From assembly GCA_036387575.1 (NCBI GenBank), contig DASVTM010000448.1:1-36209 (forward strand): 36,209 bases of DNA, given 5' to 3'. The notes beneath the pieces are model-generated. The model did no database searches. It was not told the DNA's origin and worked only from the letters and a program-made list of their open reading frames with translations. The position numbers were made by a program, and so were the translations under genes. This DNA is from Brevundimonas sp. (GTDB taxonomy: Bacteria > Pseudomonadota > Alphaproteobacteria > Caulobacterales > Caulobacteraceae). Below are positions 27,025-35,238 of the stretch, in pieces (the stretch's first letter is position 1; every line of letters begins with the position of its first letter).

Positions 27025-27330
27025 TCAGGCCGGAACGCTGAGGGCGTCGGCGATGGTGTTGAGGAACAGGTGGCGGCGTTCCACAGCCGTGGCGTCCGAG
27101 TGCAGGACTGCCGCGTGACGCTGTGACGGGCGACGGGCTTCGTCCCGCAGACGCGTAACCAGCGCGGCGAGGTGACCCACGCCCTTGGCCGCGTCCATTA
27201 CCGTGGCGTGCGAGCGGGCCTGTTCCATGCGCTTGGGCACGGCGGTCGGGTCGAGGGGCCGGGTCTCGGCGCTCTGGGCCATGCGGACGAAATCGGCAGC
27301 GTAGAGCCGGACGTAGCTTTCCTCGATCAT
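27025..27330 (-). CDS. Hypothetical protein (101 aa)
   Basis: ATG 27330 with AAGGAAAG RBS; MIEESYVRLYAADF...; GC3-biased codons. Confidence 0.65.
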   Translation of the reverse strand: MIEESYVRLYAADFVRMAQSAETRPLDPTAVPKRMEQARSHATVMDAAKGVGHLAALVTRLRDEARRPSQRHAAVLHSDATAVERRHLFLNTIADALSVPA

Positions 27331-27608
27331 GCGGACTTTCCTTGAAGACATGACGCGCTGTCGTGCAGCGCGGGGCGCTGTTGGGTCGGCCGGACAGACG
27401 GAGTCATGGAGCGATCGTTTCGCAGGGGGATCAAACCGGGGCGGATCGACCGCCACAGGGGCGGCTCGCTCTCGGCGACCATGCGTTGATATAGGCGTGA
27501 TCGGACAAAATTGCGAGCGGAAGCTCGCCGGGAGGCCGGCGGAGGGGTGACGTAGGGGAGTCCGTCACCCCTCCGGCCCGCCTTGCGAGGGGACGGAGGG
27601 GCTTGGGA

Positions 27609-30600
27609 TCAGACCGAGGTGGCGACGGCGCGGATGGCGCCGTTGGCGATGGTCAGTTTGGCGAAGGTCCAGCCCGATCCGGAGGCCTCGATTTCGTCGA
27701 CCGAGGCACGGACGCTTTCGACCACGGCCTGACGCGGGCCGATCCATTTTTCGACAGCGGCCTCGGCGGCTTCCTCGCTGACCCCCACGGAGGCGTCGGT
27801 GCTCCTGGCCACGGCGCGGGTCAGGGCGACCTGTTCGGCCATCAGTTCCTCGATCAGACGGCGGACGGCAAGACGATCGAAATGGTCGTTCGACGGAACG
27901 CCGCCCGCCGCCGCTCGCAGCCGGTCGAAATCGAAGGCGGCGCCGACCTGGTGATACAGGCGCGCCATCGCGGGTTCGGACCAACCGGCTTCCTTGGCCA
28001 GATCGCCGATATCGGCGGTGGCGACGAGGGGACGCAGCATCGCGATGGTTTTCGCCAGATCCTCGCCCACGCCCATCGCGGCGAACTTCTGCAGCCGCTT
28101 GTCGAGACGGTCCTGCTCGAAGCGGGACAGGACGTCGCCGCCCTCCTGACGCAGGGCGTCTGCGGCCGGGCGGTAGGCGGCGATCAGGCTGTCGACCGTG
28201 ACATTGTCGCGACCCGCCCGCTTGGCCAGCCAGAAGGTCTGGCGGCGCAGCACGGTCGAGATTTCGGTGTAGAGCGCGGTCTGGGTCTCGGCGGGAATCT
28301 TGAGGTCCAGCGCACTGACGGCGTCCCAGGCCTCGTCGAGGCGGAAGACCCGGCGGGCGGCCTCGAAGGCGATGACGAAGGCCGTGGTGTCGACCTCGGC
28401 CGAGGCCTTGAGACGGTCCGGGAAGGTCGGGCCTGCCATGTTGACGATCTCGTTGCAGAGCACCGTGGCGACGATCTCGCGACGCAGTCGGTGGCTCTTC
28501 ATCTCTTCCTCGAACCGGGCGAGCGGCTCGGGGAAGTAGCGGACCAGCGTCTCCTCGAAGAAGGGATCCTCGGGCGCCTTCGAGGCCACAATCTCCTCGG
28601 CCAGCTCCAGCTTGGAATAGGCCATCAGCACGGCCAGCTCGGGCCGGGTCAGGGCCGCACCGGACGACTTCATCTCGTTGATGCGCAGGTCGCTGGGCAG
28701 ACCCTCGACCTTGCGGTCCAGTCTGCCTCTGGCGGTCAGCATCTGCATGAACTGCTGCTGGGCGTCGAGCGCGCCGGCCCCTTCGGCCTGTTGCAGGGCC
28801 AGGGCGAGGGTCTGGTCGTAGTTGTGGGCCAGCACCTTGAGGCCGACTTCATCCGTCATCGAGGCCAGCAGCGCCGTGCGTTGATCGGCAGGCAGGACGC
28901 CGTTGGTCACCGCCGAGCCGATCAGGATCTTGATGTTGACCTCGTGGTCGGAGGTGTCGACCCCGGCCGAGTTGTCGATGGCGTCGGTGTTGATGCGGCC
29001 CCCGGAGCCGCCTGCGCCGATCCGCGCGAACTCGATCCGGCCCGCCTGGGTGAAGCCGAGATTGGCGCCTTCGCCCACGACCTTGACCCGAAGCTCGCCC
29101 GCGTCGATGCGCAGCGCGTCGGTGCCCTTGTCGCCGACCTGGGCGTCGGTCTCCGTCGCGGCCTTCACATAGGTGCCGATGCCGCCGAGATAGAGCAGTT
29201 CGGCGGGGGCCTTGAGGATGGCGCGCATCAGGCTGACGGGATCGATCGTGTCCTCGGCGATGTCGAGGGCTGCCTTGATCTGGGGCGTCAGTTGGATCGA
29301 CTTGGCGCCGCGCGAGAAGACGCCGCCGCCTTCCGAGATCTTCGCCTTGTCGTAGTCCTGCCAGGACGAGCGCGGCAGCTGGAACAGGCGGTTGCGCTCT
29401 TCCCATGAGGCGGCGGGATCAGGCGTCGGATCGATGAAGATGTCGCGGTGGTCGAAGGCGGCGATCAGCTTGGACGCCTTGGACAGCAGCAGGCCGTTGC
29501 CGAAAACGTCGCCCGACATGTCGCCCACGCCGACGACGGTGAAGGGCTCGGACTGGATGTCCTTGCCGATCTCGCGGAAGTGGCGCTTGACCGCCTCCCA
29601 CGCGCCGCGGGCGGTGATGCCCATGGCCTTGTGGTCGTAGCCGACGGATCCGCCCGAAGCGAAAGCATCGCCGAGCCAGAAACCGTAGTCGGCCGAGACG
29701 CCGTTGGCGATGTCGGAGAAGGTCGCTGTGCCCTTGTCGGCGGCGACGACCAGATAGGGATCGTCTCCCTCATAGGCGACGATGCCGTCGGGTCGCGTCA
29801 CGGCGCCGTTGCCGTTGATGTTGTCGGTGATGTCCAGCAGGCCGGACAGGAAGGTCTTGTAGGCGCGGATGGCCTCGGCCTGTTGCGCGTCGCGATCCCC
29901 GCCCGCGCGGACGATGCCGGACAGGTATTTGGGGAAGAAGCCGCCCTTGGAGCCGACCGGGACGATGACCGCGTTCTTGACCTGCTGCGCCTTCACCAGA
30001 CCGAGGACCTCGGTGCGGAAGTCGTCGCGACGGTCGGACCAACGCAGGCCGCCGCGTGCCACGGGGCCGAACCGCAGGTGGACGCCTTCGATGTGCGGAG
30101 CCCAGACGAAGATTTCGCGGAAGGGCTTGGGCAGGGGGATGTCTTCGAGCTCGCGCGAGGCGATCTTGATCGAGATGTGCGGCTTGGGCTGACCATCGGC
30201 GTCGCGCTGATAGTAGTTGGTGCGTTTGATGGCCCCGACCAGCAGGGCGAGGCGGCGCAGGGCCCGGTCGTGGTCGAGGCTCTTCACGTCCTGCAGGAGG
30301 GCCGTGATCTTGTCGGACAGTTCGGCGGTAGAGGCCGCGCGTTCCTCGGCGGGCCCGCCATGATCGGGATCGAATTTGCAGGCGAACATCGAGACGATGG
30401 CGCGGGCGACGTCGGGATAGTCGCGCAGGGCCTCCTCCTGCACCGCCTGCGACGGATCGAGACCGGTCTGCTGGCGATAGCGGGCCAAGGTGCGGACCAG
30501 AGCCGCCTGACGCCAGTCGACGCCCAGCTCCAGCACCAGCCGGTTGAAGCCGTCGCTCTCGGTCAGGCCGTTCCAGACGGCGGCGAAGGCGGTCTCGAAC

Positions 30601-32522
30601 GGCGTCTTGATGTCGTCGAAGTCGAGGCTGGCGCCGCGCGGGTCTTCCAGCAGGAACTCGTGGACGTGGATCTCGGTGTCGCCGGCGTCGTCAGAGGCGG
30701 GGCGGATGGCGTGGCCGAACTCTTCCAGCGTCTTGAGGCCCATGTCGGCAAGGATCGGCAGGACGTCGGAGAGCGGCACGGCGGCTCCACGATGGTAGAG
30801 CTTGAAGCGGAACTGCAGCTCATTGTCGCCTACGGCGCGGAAGGCGCGCACGGCGACGGGTTCACCCCCATCCTTCACGCCAGATGCGTTGAGGCGGTCA
30901 ATTTCCTGCAGATCGGCGACGGCCTCGGCGGCGTCGTAGCGGTCGCGATAGCCTGGCCCGAAGGCCTCGGCCCATTTGGCCGACAGGGCGCCGATCTCGG
31001 CGTCGTCGATATCCGCGTCGCGGGCGGCGCTTTCGAAACGGTCGATCCAGCTGCGGCCGGCCTCGGCCACGGCGGACTCCAGGGCGACTGGATCGGGCGT
31101 CGGGTGATTGCCCGGCGTGACCCCGAGAATGTAGTGGATGCGCACGAGGGGGGCGTCCGACAGCTGCGGATACCAGGCCGACAGACGGCCGCCCCATGCG
31201 GCGGCGAGGATGCGGGCGATCCGCTCGCGGACGCTGGAATCGAAACGCTCGCGCGGGATAAAGGCGAGGACCGAGATGAACCGGTCGAACGGGTCCTGAC
31301 GCGTGAAGGTTTTGATGCGCGGCCGGTCGTAGAGGTGGAGAATGCCAAGCGCGATGTTGAGCAGTTCGTCCTCGGATATCTGGAAGAGCTCGTCGCGCGG
31401 ATAGTTTTCGAGGATGTTTTTGAGGCGTTTTTCGTTGTGACTGCCCGGGGCCTTGCCTGCACGGGCGAGGGCGTTGGCGACCTTGCGGCGCACCAGCGGC
31501 ACCTCCGAGGCGGCGCGGTCATAGGCCTCGGCGGTGAACAGGCCGACGTAGCGGGTCTCGCCCGATGGACGACCGTCGTCGCCGTAGCGTTTGACCCCGA
31601 TGAAATCCATATAGGCGCGGCGGTGGACGCGGCTGCGAAGGTTGGCCTTGGCGACGGTGACCGGATCCGACATGTCGATCTGACGTTTCATCTGCGCCGT
31701 CAGAATTGCGGGTTCGGAGGTGCGGCGCAGGACGGTGCGTTCCGGGTCCCGCAGGACGCCGACACCGGCGCTGGCCTGACCAAGCGGCTCCTCAGGGGCA
31801 TAGCCGCCGTCCGGAGTACGCGGGTAATCGTAGTCGCGGGCGCCGAGGAAAACGAAATGGTCCGCGTTGAGCCAGCGCAGGAACTCGAGGTTTTCGGCGA
31901 CGATCGCCGGATCGACGGTGCCGGGACAGGCTTCCAGATGGGCGACCGAACGTTCCATGAGATCATGCATTGCCGCGTGATCGGAAACCGCGGCCTGGAC
32001 GTCGGCGAGGGTTTGGGCAAGGGCTGTCGTCAGCGCCTCGCGACGCTCGGCTGGAAGCGGATCGATGATCACGACGATCATGGACTCGCGTTGGTCACCG
32101 GTCTTGCGGGCCCCCGACACGTCACGTCCAAGCGTCACTACCGGGTGAAACAGGGCCCGGACCGAGACGCCGGCGTCGGCGAGTTCGCCCATGACGCTGT
32201 CGACGAGGAATGGACGGTCGTCCTGGATGATCGAAACGAGGTCGTAACCGGTGCCGGACCCATCAGCGGCGACAAGGGACTGGGCGACAATTCGGGCCGC
32301 CTCGCCGGTCTTTCGCACATCGGCGGAGGTCCAGACCCGCGCGAGGAGGGCGGCGAGATCCGGCCCGCCCAGTTCGGGCGTTTCATCTGCGGCGTAGTCT
32401 TCGTGAGCTTGCGTCAGATAGGCGCGGACCAAGGGCCCGCCGCCCCCTCCTGCCTTTTCGAACGCGGCTTCGAGCGCCTCCAGGGAAATTGCCTGAGGGA
32501 CGGAGCGAAGGTCGCCAGACAT
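27609..32522 (-). CDS. gdhZ: Large NAD-specific glutamate dehydrogenase (GdhZ-like)
   Basis: About 1640 aa; VARGGLRWSDRRDDFRTEVLGLVKAQQVKNAVIVPVGSKGGF, DPYLVVAADKGTATFSD, GVGDMSGDVFGNG, DAIDNSAGVDTSDHEVNIKI. Start at ATG 32522. Confidence 0.95.
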   Translation of the reverse strand: MSGDLRSVPQAISLEALEAAFEKAGGGGGPLVRAYLTQAHEDYAADETPELGGPDLAALLARVWTSADVRKTGEAARIVAQSLVAADGSGTGYDLVSIIQDDRPFLVDSVMGELADAGVSVRALFHPVVTLGRDVSGARKTGDQRESMIVVIIDPLPAERREALTTALAQTLADVQAAVSDHAAMHDLMERSVAHLEACPGTVDPAIVAENLEFLRWLNADHFVFLGARDYDYPRTPDGGYAPEEPLGQASAGVGVLRDPERTVLRRTSEPAILTAQMKRQIDMSDPVTVAKANLRSRVHRRAYMDFIGVKRYGDDGRPSGETRYVGLFTAEAYDRAASEVPLVRRKVANALARAGKAPGSHNEKRLKNILENYPRDELFQISEDELLNIALGILHLYDRPRIKTFTRQDPFDRFISVLAFIPRERFDSSVRERIARILAAAWGGRLSAWYPQLSDAPLVRIHYILGVTPGNHPTPDPVALESAVAEAGRSWIDRFESAARDADIDDAEIGALSAKWAEAFGPGYRDRYDAAEAVADLQEIDRLNASGVKDGGEPVAVRAFRAVGDNELQFRFKLYHRGAAVPLSDVLPILADMGLKTLEEFGHAIRPASDDAGDTEIHVHEFLLEDPRGASLDFDDIKTPFETAFAAVWNGLTESDGFNRLVLELGVDWRQAALVRTLARYRQQTGLDPSQAVQEEALRDYPDVARAIVSMFACKFDPDHGGPAEERAASTAELSDKITALLQDVKSLDHDRALRRLALLVGAIKRTNYYQRDADGQPKPHISIKIASRELEDIPLPKPFREIFVWAPHIEGVHLRFGPVARGGLRWSDRRDDFRTEVLGLVKAQQVKNAVIVPVGSKGGFFPKYLSGIVRAGGDRDAQQAEAIRAYKTFLSGLLDITDNINGNGAVTRPDGIVAYEGDDPYLVVAADKGTATFSDIANGVSADYGFWLGDAFASGGSVGYDHKAMGITARGAWEAVKRHFREIGKDIQSEPFTVVGVGDMSGDVFGNGLLLSKASKLIAAFDHRDIFIDPTPDPAASWEERNRLFQLPRSSWQDYDKAKISEGGGVFSRGAKSIQLTPQIKAALDIAEDTIDPVSLMRAILKAPAELLYLGGIGTYVKAATETDAQVGDKGTDALRIDAGELRVKVVGEGANLGFTQAGRIEFARIGAGGSGGRINTDAIDNSAGVDTSDHEVNIKILIGSAVTNGVLPADQRTALLASMTDEVGLKVLAHNYDQTLALALQQAEGAGALDAQQQFMQMLTARGRLDRKVEGLPSDLRINEMKSSGAALTRPELAVLMAYSKLELAEEIVASKAPEDPFFEETLVRYFPEPLARFEEEMKSHRLRREIVATVLCNEIVNMAGPTFPDRLKASAEVDTTAFVIAFEAARRVFRLDEAWDAVSALDLKIPAETQTALYTEISTVLRRQTFWLAKRAGRDNVTVDSLIAAYRPAADALRQEGGDVLSRFEQDRLDKRLQKFAAMGVGEDLAKTIAMLRPLVATADIGDLAKEAGWSEPAMARLYHQVGAAFDFDRLRAAAGGVPSNDHFDRLAVRRLIEELMAEQVALTRAVARSTDASVGVSEEAAEAAVEKWIGPRQAVVESVRASVDEIEASGSGWTFAKLTIANGAIRAVATSV

Positions 32523-32640
32523 GGGCAGGGTCTCGTGCAGCGCGGCCGGGAGCCGCAAGGGATCACCGACATTAGGCCGTCGGCGCTTAGGATCAATGAA
32601 TGGCTGATTAGGCCCGACCGGCGCCCTCTGGAAGCCGTAA

Positions 32641-32677
32641 ACGACAACGCCGGACCCGCTTTCGCGGACCCGGCGTC
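32641..32677 (-). terminator. Terminator-like hairpin after the OMP gene
   Basis: Minus strand ACGCCGGGTCCGC-GAAA-GCGGGTCCGGCGT followed by TGTCGTTT. Confidence 0.65.
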
Positions 32678-32713
32678 CGTTATCATTGATAAGTTTGTCC
32701 GAGGATCGGCGGA

Positions 32714-33583
32714 CTAGAAGCGGTAGCTCATGCCGACGTTGAAGGCATGCAGGCCAAACTTCGAGTTCGAGCGGATGATGTCCGTGCCGGTCGTGTTGGG
32801 AGCCAGAACGAAGGGGTTGGTCGCCGCGGCCGAGCCCTGACCAACGCGGATCACGTTATCGCCCGCGTCGAGCGAGGTGTAGAGGTACTCGCCTGTGACG
32901 CTGAGATTCGGGGCGAGGAAATATTCGACGCCGGCGCCCGCCTGATAGCCGTCCGCCTCGTCTTCATCGACGCGCGAGGTGAAGGTGTTGGCGCCGTTCG
33001 AGGTGAAGAAGGTGTTTTCCAGTTCACCGCGAGCCACGCCGCCCGTCGCATAGAGCAGAGCCGGACCGTAGGCGTAGCCGACGCGCGCGCGGACGGCTGC
33101 GAGGTTATTCAGGGTGCGGGTGAAGGTGTAGGATGCTGGGGTCGTCGAGAAGCCGGTGACGCTGTCTTCCTGATTGGCTGCGCTGTAGTCGCCGACCACG
33201 CCGACGACGAAGGACCCGACCTGGAAGTCGTAACCGGCGCGGACGCCGCCCTGGGTTCCCGGGCCGTCCTTGTCACAGCCGGCAGCGGCGGTGGTGGAGT
33301 TGGCGCCGGCATCGCAGAACCCCGGCGAGAAGGCGTCGGCGCCGGCCGGAGTGGCGAGCGTGACGGTGTCGCCGAAGTTTCCGTCGAGGTTGCGGTCGAA
33401 GCGCAGGCGCTCGTCGTCTTGGCCGTTCTGCTGGGTGAAGCCGCCGAAGACGCCGACGTAGGGGCCGGTCCAGCTTTCAGGGCCGGATTGACCAAACAGG
33501 GTCTGGGCGGAAGCCGGGGCGGCGACGGCCATCAGAAGAGCAGCGGTGGAGGCAGCGGCGGCGAGTGTAGCGGTTCGTTTCAT
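32714..33583 (-). CDS. Outer-membrane beta-barrel protein (Omp25/RopB-like)
   Basis: Signal peptide ASA|Q, WTGPYVG, GVRAGYDFQ, RARVGYA, LYATGG, C-terminal VGMSYRF beta-signal; start at ATG 33583. Confidence 0.9.
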   Translation of the reverse strand: MKRTATLAAAASTAALLMAVAAPASAQTLFGQSGPESWTGPYVGVFGGFTQQNGQDDERLRFDRNLDGNFGDTVTLATPAGADAFSPGFCDAGANSTTAAAGCDKDGPGTQGGVRAGYDFQVGSFVVGVVGDYSAANQEDSVTGFSTTPASYTFTRTLNNLAAVRARVGYAYGPALLYATGGVARGELENTFFTSNGANTFTSRVDEDEADGYQAGAGVEYFLAPNLSVTGEYLYTSLDAGDNVIRVGQGSAAATNPFVLAPNTTGTDIIRSNSKFGLHAFNVGMSYRF

Positions 33584-33753
33584 GGGGAGGGTCCTTTGCG
33601 AATGGGTGAGCGAATCCCGCCTCATCTCGAGCGGCGTTCGCGGTCCTAACCCCGCAGATACGAAACGGGATGCATTCGGGATGAGGCTTGTGCCAATCAG
33701 TGGCACTTTTACATCAGCGGTTTTGTCGTTCGGAAACAACGCTCTTCCGAAGC

Positions 33754-33882
33754 GGAAAAACAAGGCCGCCGGACGGGGGGTCCGACGGCCTGCTTTCTCG
33801 GGGTCGACGCTGGAGGGGAATAGAGCGCCGTCCCCGGATCGACATGGACCCTGGAGGGGGGAGGGGAGGTCCGCGTCGTCTG
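33754..33882 (-). ncRNA. Putative three-hairpin sRNA with C-rich anti-SD loops (cuckoo/alpha-r14/CcsR-like architecture)
   Basis: Three consecutive stems (33840-33878, 33799-33836, 33763-33791) with loops UCCCCUCCCCCCUCCAG, CUAUUCCCCUCC and CCCCC, then a U-tract. G-U pairs work on the minus strand; promoter-like element upstream. Confidence 0.62.
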
Positions 33883-33888
33883 AGTTCA

Positions 33889-33917
33889 AGATAAGAAGGC
33901 GTTGTGGCGGTTCAAGA
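33889..33917 (-). promoter_or_regulatory. Putative RpoH/RpoD-type promoter of the sRNA
   Basis: Minus strand TCTTGAA-ccgccacaacgcctt-CTTATCT; the -35 element overlaps the AI-2E TGA stop codon. Confidence 0.5.
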
Positions 33918-35111
33918 CCCGGTATCGGTGCCCGATGCCGGTTTGACCTGTGGCGGCTTGACGCGCTTGTGGCCGGGCTTCGACCCGGCCGTTCGCGAAC
34001 TCGGCTCGTCGCTTTCAGCCGTCTTCGCCACAGCGGCTTTCTTTTCCTCGTCGGCAAAGGGGGCTCCGTCGCCCGACAGCAGGATAGCCATCCACCTCGA
34101 GCCCTTGAACTCGGCCAGGATCGCCATGGCCATGACCGCGAGAGGCGTCGACAGGAACATGCCCACCACGCCCCACATCTTGCCGAAGAGGGCCAGCGAC
34201 AGCAGGACCGCAACCGGATCGATGTTCTGGTTCTCGCCCTGCATGCGCGGCTGAATCATGTTGCCGACGATGAAGAGCACCGTCTGCAGGCCGATCAGGA
34301 GGACAATCGCCTGCCAGTAGGTCTGGAACTGTACGAGCGCGAACAGCGGCGGAGCCAGGCCCCCGATCGCGCCGCCCAGAACCGGAATGAAGCCGACGAT
34401 GAAGATGACGAAGGTCCAGAACTCGGCGTTCTGAAGACCCACGGCCTTCATCAGGATCCACGCGAACACGCAGATGATCGCACCGGTGACGGACTGAACC
34501 CAGATGTAGCCCTCAACCCCGCTGCGGACACGCTGGAACACTTCCATGGCTTCGGAGCGCTGCAGTCGTTCGGGGAACATCGCGATCAGCTTGCGCCTGA
34601 AGCCGCCCTGCGACGCGAGGAGGAAGCCTAGATAGACCATGACGAAGAACGCGCCCGAGGCGACGTTCTGGGCCTGCAATGCGATGGCGGTGAGATAGCC
34701 CCGAACGTCGATGCCGTTGATGAGTGTCTGCAGGGTCGGTGGTTGTTGAACGCCCACGAGGTTCGAACCATCGCGCAGAATCTGGTCGATACGTGGCCCG
34801 ATGTTGGTCGCGACGCCCGAAGCCTCGCCGAAGAAGCCGGATGCCCCATAGATGATGATCGCGATGGAGCCGGCAAAGATCAAAACCACCACGACAAGCG
34901 AGGCTATGCCCGCCCAGCGTTGCGGCAGGAGCGTCTTTTCCTCGATGGTCCGCTTCACGCCGTCGATGACGATCATCAGGAAGATGGCCATCGCCAGCGG
35001 CGTCAGGATGTCCGCCAACCAGACCAGAGCGGCAGCGCACGTCACTACCGCGATCAGAACGAGGGCGTTGCGAGAGACGGTTGGCGTGGCGACGGAGATA
35101 GGTGGTGTCAT
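33912..35111 (-). CDS. AI-2E (PerM/TqsA) family transporter
   Basis: ILTPLAMAIFL, FIPVLGG, GNMIQPRMQG, WGVVGMFLSTPL. Confidence 0.92.
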   Translation of the reverse strand: MTPPISVATPTVSRNALVLIAVVTCAAALVWLADILTPLAMAIFLMIVIDGVKRTIEEKTLLPQRWAGIASLVVVVLIFAGSIAIIIYGASGFFGEASGVATNIGPRIDQILRDGSNLVGVQQPPTLQTLINGIDVRGYLTAIALQAQNVASGAFFVMVYLGFLLASQGGFRRKLIAMFPERLQRSEAMEVFQRVRSGVEGYIWVQSVTGAIICVFAWILMKAVGLQNAEFWTFVIFIVGFIPVLGGAIGGLAPPLFALVQFQTYWQAIVLLIGLQTVLFIVGNMIQPRMQGENQNIDPVAVLLSLALFGKMWGVVGMFLSTPLAVMAMAILAEFKGSRWMAILLSGDGAPFADEEKKAAVAKTAESDEPSSRTAGSKPGHKRVKPPQVKPASGTDTGS

Positions 35112-35238
35112 TCGGGGACTTTCAGGTGCGGCAGACGCCGCGTCAACGTAGATCGGGGGCGATCCGTGAAGCTTCTGTCGCCAACGCTTTAACGGCGCGA
35201 ACGGCTGCGCTACTCCGGTAAATCACTGGAGCCGCCCC

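Noticed and set aside
32597-32611. Possible CtrA box upstream of gdh (TGAA-N7-TTAG)
   Set aside because: Two mismatches in eight positions; too weak without conservation or ChIP data.
27603-32717. Very long plus-strand ORFs (601 aa and 1089 aa) antisense to the glutamate dehydrogenase
   Set aside because: Codon-register shadows: high-GC genes avoid TTA/CTA/TCA codons, so the antisense frame lacks stops; no recognisable motifs.
33584-34213. 210-codon N-terminal extension of the OMP ORF, running through the intergenic region
   Set aside because: It crosses a terminator and overlaps the AI-2E gene out of frame; the signal peptide starts at ATG 33583.
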